A stretch of 35,424 nt of DNA from Candidatus Altiarchaeota archaeon (lineage in GTDB: Archaea > Altiarchaeota > Altiarchaeia > IMC4 > QMZM01): the NCBI GenBank assembly GCA_016931955.1, contig JAFGDV010000041.1:1-35424 (forward strand), given 5' to 3'. Positions 15,861 through 25,199 of this stretch are shown piece after piece. The translations under genes were made by a program, and so were the position numbers. Positions within the stretch are counted from its first letter, which is position 1, and the number at the start of each line of letters is the position of its first letter. The notes beneath the pieces were generated by a model. That model made no database searches. It was not told the DNA's origin and saw only the letters and a program-made list of their open reading frames with translations.

Positions 15861-18769
15861 GTTCCAATAAGCCTGACTTGAAGTCTGTCGCGGATTGTGT
15901 CTCGTTGTTGATGGTGTTCGCATTTCTCTTGTTGTTTTTCACGCCCGAACTGATGCTGTCATCTACAACAACCACTGGCGGAGACATGGGCTCCCACTTC
16001 GCTCCAGCCCATTACTTGAAGAACTACCTGCTTCCTCATGGGAAACTTATTGGATGGTATCCTCACTGGATGGCTGGCACGCCCATGTTCCAGTTCTATT
16101 TCGTCCCACCCTATCTTCTAATGTCTGTTCTCTCTTCCATTATGTCTCTTGAGGTCGCCTTCAAGCTAGTCACAGTTCTAGGAATATTTTTGCTGCCCTT
16201 TGCTTCGTATTTCTGCATGCGGGCCATGGGGTTCAGGTTCCCCGCGCCGGCGATAGCAGCAGGCTTCGCAACCCTCCTACTATTCAACGAGACCTATTCG
16301 CAGTGGGGTGGCAACATACCAAGTACTTTGGCAGGCGAATTCTCTTACATATTGAGTTTTTCTCTGACTATTCTTCTTATAGGCACCTTGTATATGGGGA
16401 TCGAGAGGAACAGGTATGTTGTCCCAAATGCTGTCTTATTAGCCTTAGTTGTCCTCACCCACATCTATACTGGCATCTTTATCACTGCCGCAGCGTTATT
16501 CTTTCTTCTCGTGGGCGGGAGATCGAGGAACCTTGCCTACCTATTTAAGGTCTTCTTCTTGGCTGGATTGATCTCAGGCTTCTGGACTATTCCTCTCTTA
16601 GCTAAGATAGGTTTCTCCGCCGCACCTAAGGACGTGTTCTACGGCTTCCCCAGCCTCGACAGGTTCATTAACCCGAAGTTCACGCTCTTCTATTTCTTGG
16701 CTGCGGCGAGCGTAGGTGTTGGCATAAAGAACAAAGACAGACGGATAATGTACCTCCTATGGGCTATTTTCTCTCTGACAGTCCTCATACTCTTCATAAA
16801 ATACGTCAACCTTCTTTACATACGTTTCACGCCGCTGATCTACTTCATCCCGCTCCTGATGGCCGCCGAAACCCTTGGACAGGTTTCAAGGAACCTTAAG
16901 GCTCGGTGGTTGCTTCCATTAATTGTTGTCTTGTTCACGTTGATATGGGTTAACTATGGTGTTTCCGGTGTTATCTCCGAAGTCGGCACCTCTATGGGGT
17001 TCAAGGATGCCGGCTTGTGGTTCACGAAAGCGGATTCGCGCGTCACAGAATTGACTGGTGTTGGTTTCAGCAACTTTGTGAGCACTGGGGTGACCTACAT
17101 CCCCAGCTGGATCAAGTGGAACTATGAAGGCCTTGAGGCGAAGGAAGGCTATGAGACATTCATGGAATTGAACGACTATCTTAGACAGGGCAATCTCTCT
17201 GGTAGGGTTGATTTCGAGTACTCTGACACCTATAATAGATTTGGCACTCCAAGGCTTTTCGAGGTCTCACCTGTTTTCTCTGATAGGAGCGTTATGGAGT
17301 CTCTTCTCTTGGAGTCCTCTCTGACTTTTCCGTTCTTCTACTACATGCAGAGGGAGATGTCTCAGACTGCGTGGTGGCCTGGCTTCCCAATAGAGATGCC
17401 CTCCTTTGATCCGGATTCTGGATTGGAGAGTTTACGGATCTATAATGTGCAGTATTTCGTCGCGGTCTCCGAGAAGACCAAGGAGGTCCTCGACGAGAAA
17501 GAAGGGTTCCGTCTACTCAAGGAGATGGGGGAATTCAGGATCTATGCAGTAAACGAGGACTCACAGTATGTGGAAGTGCCTGAAAGAGAGCCTGTTCTAG
17601 TTGTCACCGATGACTGGAAGACCTTCTGCTATGACTGGTTCTCTTCAGGGCATAGGGATGTCCCGCTCGTGTTCACCCCCTATCCCTCAGAATACGACCT
17701 CAGTAATTTCAGGATCATAGTCTTGGATAAGCCCGTGATCTTGGAGGATGGTGGAAGGCAGATTTTCTATCCTGAGGAGATGGAAGCTGCATTGAATTCT
17801 TCTCCCAGCATTGAAGTCGGCTGCTCTGTGGAGGAGAAACTGACTGAGGAGGAAATTAGGATTAAGACGGACTGCATCGGCAGGCCTTTGTTGGTCAAGG
17901 TCTCGTATTTCCCGAACTGGAGGGTTGAGGGAGCCGAGAAGGTATACATGGCGTCTCCCTCAATTATGCTGATCATTCCGGAAAGAGAGGAGGTGAGGCT
18001 CTACTACGGCGAGACATTGGCAGATCAAGTAGGCAACATATCCTCCATCCTCGGAATCGTTATAGTTTTCTACTGGCTTCTTACAAGAAACAGGCGTTTC
18101 AGAGAAGGCATCCATTTGAGGCTTCTGGGGTTTATGGGCTATGAGCGAGTGAATGGATTCATAGAGGAATCGAAATCGAGGTTCAGGGACTGGATTGAAG
18201 TGGTCATTCTAAGGGCTGAAAAGAACTGGAAGATTCTTCTTCTTGCTGTCGTATTATTGATCATCCTCTCCGGGGCTTTTGTCTACCTCAACGAGAGAAG
18301 AGCCTGTGACGTCTTCTGTAGGTCGAGGGGATTCTCTCATGGAGAGAAGTATCTGAGGAGTGAAGTAATTGACCACTTTGACTTGGGCTTCGCTCACGTA
18401 GGAGACAACAAAAAACATGACCTCATATGCACTGCAGCCTGCGATGAATCAAGGGATGACATGGTCTATGTCTCAGGCGGCTTCGTGGAATTCGACATGT
18501 CCATAGTCCAAGGCGAAGACAATACCCTGATACTTACTATGTGGGATAATGCTAACTGCCGCTCTGGTGACCTATACATAAACGAACGCTTCGCAACAAG
18601 GGTTGTAGGTAATGGTAAATTCAACTGGAAGGACTTTGAGTTCAAGATAGATAAAAAGTATGCGGACTCATCCAAGATAAGGGTGAGGTTGGAGCACGTG
18701 GACAGGGAATGCTATGGCTGGGATGTCTCCGACGCCTACATACGGGTGCCTGACTGCATCTGTTATTAG
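15857..18769 (+). CDS. Large polytopic membrane protein, PTPS-related/YfhO-like, putative GT-C glycosyltransferase; start reassigned to MSSNK
   Basis: GGDMGSH, W.AG.P.FQFY, GG.I.STLAGEFS, KVSYFPNW; ATGA overlap with the upstream stop; Cys-rich C-terminal domain. Confidence 0.75.
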   Translation: MSSNKPDLKSVADCVSLLMVFAFLLLFFTPELMLSSTTTTGGDMGSHFAPAHYLKNYLLPHGKLIGWYPHWMAGTPMFQFYFVPPYLLMSVLSSIMSLEVAFKLVTVLGIFLLPFASYFCMRAMGFRFPAPAIAAGFATLLLFNETYSQWGGNIPSTLAGEFSYILSFSLTILLIGTLYMGIERNRYVVPNAVLLALVVLTHIYTGIFITAAALFFLLVGGRSRNLAYLFKVFFLAGLISGFWTIPLLAKIGFSAAPKDVFYGFPSLDRFINPKFTLFYFLAAASVGVGIKNKDRRIMYLLWAIFSLTVLILFIKYVNLLYIRFTPLIYFIPLLMAAETLGQVSRNLKARWLLPLIVVLFTLIWVNYGVSGVISEVGTSMGFKDAGLWFTKADSRVTELTGVGFSNFVSTGVTYIPSWIKWNYEGLEAKEGYETFMELNDYLRQGNLSGRVDFEYSDTYNRFGTPRLFEVSPVFSDRSVMESLLLESSLTFPFFYYMQREMSQTAWWPGFPIEMPSFDPDSGLESLRIYNVQYFVAVSEKTKEVLDEKEGFRLLKEMGEFRIYAVNEDSQYVEVPEREPVLVVTDDWKTFCYDWFSSGHRDVPLVFTPYPSEYDLSNFRIIVLDKPVILEDGGRQIFYPEEMEAALNSSPSIEVGCSVEEKLTEEEIRIKTDCIGRPLLVKVSYFPNWRVEGAEKVYMASPSIMLIIPEREEVRLYYGETLADQVGNISSILGIVIVFYWLLTRNRRFREGIHLRLLGFMGYERVNGFIEESKSRFRDWIEVVILRAEKNWKILLLAVVLLIILSGAFVYLNERRACDVFCRSRGFSHGEKYLRSEVIDHFDLGFAHVGDNKKHDLICTAACDESRDDMVYVSGGFVEFDMSIVQGEDNTLILTMWDNANCRSGDLYINERFATRVVGNGKFNWKDFEFKIDKKYADSSKIRVRLEHVDRECYGWDVSDAYIRVPDCICY

Positions 18770-18793
18770 CGTGTTCTACAATATACTACCAAG

Positions 18794-19477
18794 ATGATAT
18801 CCATTGTAATGCCGGTGCACAATGAAGAGAAGATTCTGAGAGAAAACCTTGAAAAGTTGGAGGCTTATCTACAGTCTCTTGGAATGGATTTCGAGATAGT
18901 TCTAGTAGAGAACGGGAGTAAGGATAATACTCTCAAGATCGCAGAAGAGATCTCGCATTCTGATACTAGGGTCAGGGTTCTCTCCATCCCTGAAAAAGAC
19001 CTTGGAAAGGCGTTGAAGAAGGGCATACTTGAGGCCTCCGGCGAATACCTCATATGGTATCCCATCGATCTGTCTGTAGGCTTTGAGTACATAGAAAGAT
19101 CTCTCGAAGAGGTAAAAAAGTACGACATCATCGTGGGCTCGAAGGAGCATCCTGACTCAAAGGTTATGCGTTCATTAACCAGAAGGATTCTGTCCCTCTT
19201 CTATAACTCCCTAGCGAATCTGCTCTTCAATCTTGGGATCTCTGATACGCAGTGTGTGAAGACCTTCAGGGCAGAGAAAACAAAGCCACTTGTAGAGAAG
19301 ACAGAAAGCAGCGGCATCATGTGGGAGGTGGAATTACTCTACCTGGTGAAGAAGTCCGGCCTTAGGATGGAGGAGGTTCCAGTCAGTGTCCGCGACACAA
19401 GGAAGGCATCCAAGATAAAGCCAATGGACATGTTTAAGGCTTTTATGGGATTACTCAGGCTGAGGCTTGGTGTGTAG
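18794..19477 (+). CDS. GT2 polyprenol-phosphate glycosyltransferase (DPM1/Alg5-like)
   Basis: SIVMPVHNEE; VENGSKD; DTQC.K.F; EVE; EVPV. Confidence 0.88.
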   Translation: MISIVMPVHNEEKILRENLEKLEAYLQSLGMDFEIVLVENGSKDNTLKIAEEISHSDTRVRVLSIPEKDLGKALKKGILEASGEYLIWYPIDLSVGFEYIERSLEEVKKYDIIVGSKEHPDSKVMRSLTRRILSLFYNSLANLLFNLGISDTQCVKTFRAEKTKPLVEKTESSGIMWEVELLYLVKKSGLRMEEVPVSVRDTRKASKIKPMDMFKAFMGLLRLRLGV

Positions 19478-19609
19478 TGATTAATGCTGCAGTAGACATA
19501 TTTCTCTTCTGCGGATGCGGTTGTTGTTTGTCTGATCAGTCCAATGTGCATGTTCTTTATTTTATTCATCTCCTTGTAATAATTATTATTTCCGCCGTAG
19601 GTGGTTTAA

Positions 19610-22000
19610 ATCCTTGACAAGAGATATGATTCAGGCAGTGTAGAGGGGAAGTGGCAGCGTGTCTGGGAGGAGAAAAGGCTGTACAGTTTTGACCCTGATT
19701 CCAGTAAACCAGTATACTCACTTGACACTCCGCCGCCGTTCACCTCCGGGACACTGCACATGGGGCACATCTTCAACCACGTATGGATCGATCTCGTTGC
19801 TCGCTACAAGAGGATGAGGGGTTTCTCCGTATACCTACCCCAAGGCTTCGACTGCCATGGGCTGCCCACTGAGCTGAGGGTGGAGAAGGAACTTGGAGTG
19901 AAAAAGGAGAACCGAGAAGAATTCATCCAAAAATGCAGGGACTGGACCTCAGATGCCATAGAGCGCATGCGCGGCCAATTTGACAGAATGGGTTACTCAG
20001 CCGACTGGGATCACACCTACAAGACCATGGATGACAGCTACAAGGCCTTGGTGCAGAAGACACTGCTCACGTTCTATGAAAAAGGCCTGCTCTACAGGGA
20101 GAAGCACCCAATACTGTGGTGCCCGAAGTGCGAGACGGCGCTGGCGAAGGCTGAGATAGGGCACATTGAGCGGGAAGGAAGGCTCTACCACATCGACCTC
20201 GATGTTGGAGGACACCGGCTGACCATTGCCACCACACGCCCGGAGATGATGCCGGCATGCGTTGCAGTCTTCGTCCACCCTGGCGATGACAGATACGAGA
20301 AATTCATAGGCAAGAAAGCCAGGCTGCCGATCTACAACAGGGAGGTTCCTATACTAGCTGATGAAGCCGTGGACCCTGAATTCGGTACCGGGGTAGTGTA
20401 TCTCTGCACCTTCGGCGATGACCAGGACATTGCGTGGCAGAAGAAATACAGGCTTCCGGTTATAGAGGCAGTGGACAAGAAGGGCAGGATGACCTCCGTT
20501 GCAGGAAAATACCAGGGTCTTGGCGTTGAAGAAGCCCGGAAGAAGATCTCTGAGGACCTTGTGGAGTCCGGTCACATAAGGAAGATAGATGAGATAAGGC
20601 ATCAGGTCGTCTCGCATACGGAGAGGGGTTCCTGTAAGGCTCCAATCGAATTGATCCCCTTAGAGCAGTGGTTCATCAACGTCAAAGACTTCATCCAGGA
20701 TATAATAGAGACCTCAGAGAAGATGGGTTGGTATCCGGAGTACATGCTTCAGAGGATGGTTGACTGGTGTGAGGCCATGGACTGGGACTGGATCATCTCC
20801 CGTCAGAGGGTGTTCGGCACCCCGATCCCATTCTGGGTATGTTCCTGTGGAGGGATCATTCCCGCGAAGGAGGGGGAATTGCCCATAGATCCCAGAGGAA
20901 AAACGAGGAAATGCCCTAAGTGTGGGAATAAGGCTGTAGGGGAACGGGATGTATGTGACTGCTGGGTTGATTCCTCCATAACCCCCTTGGTGATATCCAA
21001 GTGGGGCGTGGATGAGAAATTCTTCAGCCTAACCTATCCCTCTTCGCTGAGGCCTCAAGGATATGAGATCATTAGGACCTGGGCCTTCTACACCATCTAC
21101 AGGTGCCTGATCTTGACTGAAAAGGGATGCTTTCACGATCTTTTAATCAATGGGATGGTCGCCGGACCAGACGGCAGGAAGATGTCCAAGTCTCTGGGAA
21201 ACGTGATCGAGCCGGATGAGCCTCTTGAGAAGTACTCCGCCGACACCATACGCCAGTGGGCGTCCCTCGGCGCCTTGGGGGCGGATTACCCCTTCAGCTG
21301 GGAGGAGTGCGAGCACTCCCAGAAATTCCTCACAAAGCTGTGGAATATCTCAAGGTTTATTGAATCACACCTCAAGGATTTTAGGGTAGAAAAGCCCGGG
21401 AAACTGGATGAACCTGATAGGTGGATTCTTTCTAGATTGCAGCGGTTGGTTGAGGATTCGACGAAGGATTTCGATCGCTATGTATTCAACATCCCCTTGG
21501 ACCAGATCAGGGGCTTTGTATGGCATGATCTCGCCGACAACTACCTTGAGATGGTGAAGCACCGCCTCTATAAGCCCGAGATCTATGGCGCAGAGTCCAG
21601 GAAAGCAGCACAGTACACCCTGCATCAGACATTGAAGACCGTTTTATCCCTACTAGCCCCTTTCACGCCCCACATATGCGACGAAATATGGTCTCACCTG
21701 ATTGGGGAGGGGTATGCTTCAACCTCAGAGTGGCCTAAGGCGGAGAAGTCCTTGGTCGACGAAGAAGCCGAAAATACTGGTTCACTCCTCGTTGAAGTCG
21801 TGGGCTGGATCAGAAAGTATAAATCGGATATGGGGTTGCCTCTCGGGGCAGAGCTGGAGCGTGTGGAGCTTTCAGTGTCTCCGGAGCTAAGGGATAGGAT
21901 GGAGAAATTGCGCGTGGACATTATGGGTACTGGCAAGATCAAGAGCCTTGATGTCTCTGTTTCTGAAGTGGACTGGATCAGGGTAGTAGTTCACGAATAA
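19610..22000 (+). CDS. valS: Valyl-tRNA synthetase; N-terminus extends to an ATC codon at 19610
   Basis: PPPFTSGTLHMGH (HIGH), GFDCHGLP, DWIISRQR, KMSKS. The frame is open from ATC 19610 (after TAA 19607-19609) and reads (I)LDKRYD...EGKWQ..W. Confidence 0.93.
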   Translation: MLDKRYDSGSVEGKWQRVWEEKRLYSFDPDSSKPVYSLDTPPPFTSGTLHMGHIFNHVWIDLVARYKRMRGFSVYLPQGFDCHGLPTELRVEKELGVKKENREEFIQKCRDWTSDAIERMRGQFDRMGYSADWDHTYKTMDDSYKALVQKTLLTFYEKGLLYREKHPILWCPKCETALAKAEIGHIEREGRLYHIDLDVGGHRLTIATTRPEMMPACVAVFVHPGDDRYEKFIGKKARLPIYNREVPILADEAVDPEFGTGVVYLCTFGDDQDIAWQKKYRLPVIEAVDKKGRMTSVAGKYQGLGVEEARKKISEDLVESGHIRKIDEIRHQVVSHTERGSCKAPIELIPLEQWFINVKDFIQDIIETSEKMGWYPEYMLQRMVDWCEAMDWDWIISRQRVFGTPIPFWVCSCGGIIPAKEGELPIDPRGKTRKCPKCGNKAVGERDVCDCWVDSSITPLVISKWGVDEKFFSLTYPSSLRPQGYEIIRTWAFYTIYRCLILTEKGCFHDLLINGMVAGPDGRKMSKSLGNVIEPDEPLEKYSADTIRQWASLGALGADYPFSWEECEHSQKFLTKLWNISRFIESHLKDFRVEKPGKLDEPDRWILSRLQRLVEDSTKDFDRYVFNIPLDQIRGFVWHDLADNYLEMVKHRLYKPEIYGAESRKAAQYTLHQTLKTVLSLLAPFTPHICDEIWSHLIGEGYASTSEWPKAEKSLVDEEAENTGSLLVEVVGWIRKYKSDMGLPLGAELERVELSVSPELRDRMEKLRVDIMGTGKIKSLDVSVSEVDWIRVVVHE

Positions 22001-22001
22001 A

Positions 22002-22301
22002 ATGGCTGCTAAGAGGTTCAGCAACCAGAGCGGTGAACAGATAATAAAGCACATCAGCAACTTTCTTCAAGAGGACTGCTCCTATGACCTCTTCATCGAT
22101 CCACTAGGAATACGTTTTCTCATAACCGAGTCCACGAGGAAGAGAAAGAAGCCTTCTGTGAAGAGAATGCTGTTGAGGAAGGAGCATCAGAACATGAGTA
22201 AGGGGCTGAGAAAGCTCTCCGGCACAAGGAAGAGAACCAAGCCGAAGATTCGCTCAATCAAGAAGGGGAGGACCGTTTCCCTTAAGGGTAGAACCTACTG
22301 A
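22002..22301 (+). CDS. Small, highly basic hypothetical protein
   Basis: ATG 1 nt after the valS stop; fills the gap up to the hisG stop; K/R-rich C-terminal half. Confidence 0.6.
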   Translation: MAAKRFSNQSGEQIIKHISNFLQEDCSYDLFIDPLGIRFLITESTRKRKKPSVKRMLLRKEHQNMSKGLRKLSGTRKRTKPKIRSIKKGRTVSLKGRTY

Positions 22302-22304
22302 AGG

Positions 22305-23228
22305 CTATTCGATGATCATTCTAGTATCCGCTATTGCTATCGAACCAGCCCCCTCCCTCCTGAGTTCGGGCAGCATGTACTTCAGGTTTTTTTCGTCTAT
22401 GACTATGAAGATGTCGTGTCCTCCATCCCGTAATTCGCTTATCGTCGGGTTCTTAACGTACTTACTGATAACGTCGAGGACTCCCTCAAGGTCCCCATCT
22501 TCGAGGACGTTCATGTAGACGTTGACCTTGCCTTCGCCCTTGAGCGCGCCCTCGAATAACTGCACTATCTCCTCGATCTTCTTTTTCTTTCCCTTGTCTT
22601 TCAGGCTTGCTGTGTTTGCGATAAGCCTTGAAGTGGACTCCATTATTGTGTCAATGATCCTGCACCGGTTTTCTCTCAGCGTCCTCCCAGTCTCCGTTGT
22701 GTCAATGATAAGGTCAGCCTCCGGCGTGGGTGGGATGATCCAAGCCTCAGTCTTCCCTGCGGGCTTCCTGACTATTGCATCCACTCCATGCTTCTTCAAG
22801 TAGTCTGCTGCCATGTAGGGATACTCTGTTGCAACAACAACCTTCCCACCTTCTTTTTTCACCTTATCGGCGTATTCCTTGAAGTCTTCTATGCTCTTAA
22901 CATCTGGCAGGATCTCTTCCGAGATCGCAACGCAGAGACTGGTCTTCCCGAATCTCAGATCCATGAGCTCCGTGACCTTGTCCGCGTTCTCCGAGTATGC
23001 GAGCTGGAATTCCATGATTATGTCTGCTCCAGTGATCGCCATATCTCCTTTACCGAGAGAGAGCGCGAAGGGGAAATCCTGCGGCCTGATCCTCTTCAAG
23101 ACTATGTCGGAGTCGTCTATCTCTGGACTATAGCCCCTCTCCTTCAGGGTTACCTTGAATCCAGCCCTTTCGAAGATTCCAAGAGCCTTATCCTCCAAGT
23201 GCCCGTCTGGGATGTAAAACTTTATCAT
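22305..23228 (-). CDS. hisG: ATP phosphoribosyltransferase (long form); start at MIKFY
   Basis: RPQD.P; ITGAD; VATEYP; GKTE; ADLIIDTTETG.TL.EN; C-terminal PTISEL regulatory domain. Confidence 0.92.
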   Translation of the reverse strand: MIKFYIPDGHLEDKALGIFERAGFKVTLKERGYSPEIDDSDIVLKRIRPQDFPFALSLGKGDMAITGADIIMEFQLAYSENADKVTELMDLRFGKTSLCVAISEEILPDVKSIEDFKEYADKVKKEGGKVVVATEYPYMAADYLKKHGVDAIVRKPAGKTEAWIIPPTPEADLIIDTTETGRTLRENRCRIIDTIMESTSRLIANTASLKDKGKKKKIEEIVQLFEGALKGEGKVNVYMNVLEDGDLEGVLDVISKYVKNPTISELRDGGHDIFIVIDEKNLKYMLPELRREGAGSIAIADTRMIIE

Positions 23229-23246
23229 CTCAATACCCCTTTTTAA

Positions 23247-24668
<1,422 letters not shown>

Positions 24669-24709
24669 TTTATAAACTTATAATTTCAAAGTCTAAATAA
24701 CGCTCCCAT

Positions 24710-24783
24710 GGGCCCATAGTCTAGTTGGTTATGACGTCGCCTTTACGAGGCGAAGATTGCCGGTTCGAATCCGGCTGGGCCCA
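24710..24783 (+). tRNA. tRNA-Val (anticodon TAC), intronless, CCA not encoded
   Basis: Acceptor stem GGGCCCA/TGGGCCC; anticodon arm TCGCC-TTTACGA-GGCGA; T-arm GCCGG-TTCGAAT-CCGGC. Confidence 0.97.
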
Positions 24784-24918
24784 TAGCCTTCAGCCTTTCT
24801 TTTCAGGGAAAAGAAACGCTGGCGAAAGAAAAAGGAATTTGCCTGCGGCAAATTCGCCGATTCTTTTGGTGCAGCTTTTCTTCTTAAGAAAAGGTGCTTC
24901 GCAGTCCGGCTGGGCCCA
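24770..24918 (+). repeat. 121-bp inverted-doublet hairpin element between 14-bp direct repeats of the tRNA-Val 3' end
   Basis: TCCGGCTGGGCCCA at 24770-24783 and 24905-24918; hairpins at 24791-24821, 24835-24855 and 24871-24897. Confidence 0.85.
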
Positions 24919-25199
24919 AACCTATACTGTAGGTTTACGCCAGGGATCTATCTTCGCTCACGCTCGATAGGTCTGACGACTTTCTTTTTCGTGCACGTTT
25001 TTCTTCACGGCTAAAAGCCGTTAAATAATCTCATCAGGCCTAAACTCCTCTTTTAGTAAAATTGACTAAAATAAAAGGGATCTGCCGAAGGCGGATTCAA
25101 AGGAGGGTTGGGTTGATAAGGGAGGGAACGTAGTTCCCACACTTATTGGGTGATTTATTTTTATTTAATCCATTATTTTATCCTAATTTGTGGTGTAAA

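Noticed and set aside
19339-19569. 76-aa minus-strand ORF between GT2 and valS
   Set aside because: Overlaps GT2 antisense by about 140 nt, has no recognisable motif, and its SD-like AGGAG abuts the ATG with no spacing.
19577-19588. Perfect palindrome TAATAATTATTA upstream of valS
   Set aside because: Low-complexity AT sequence at the expected TATA position; not distinguishable from chance.
24770-24918. Intact provirus or integrative element at tRNA-Val
   Set aside because: Only 121 bp between the att-like repeats and no integrase in the window.
24725-24970. 81-aa ORF
   Set aside because: Overlaps tRNA-Val and the repeat element.
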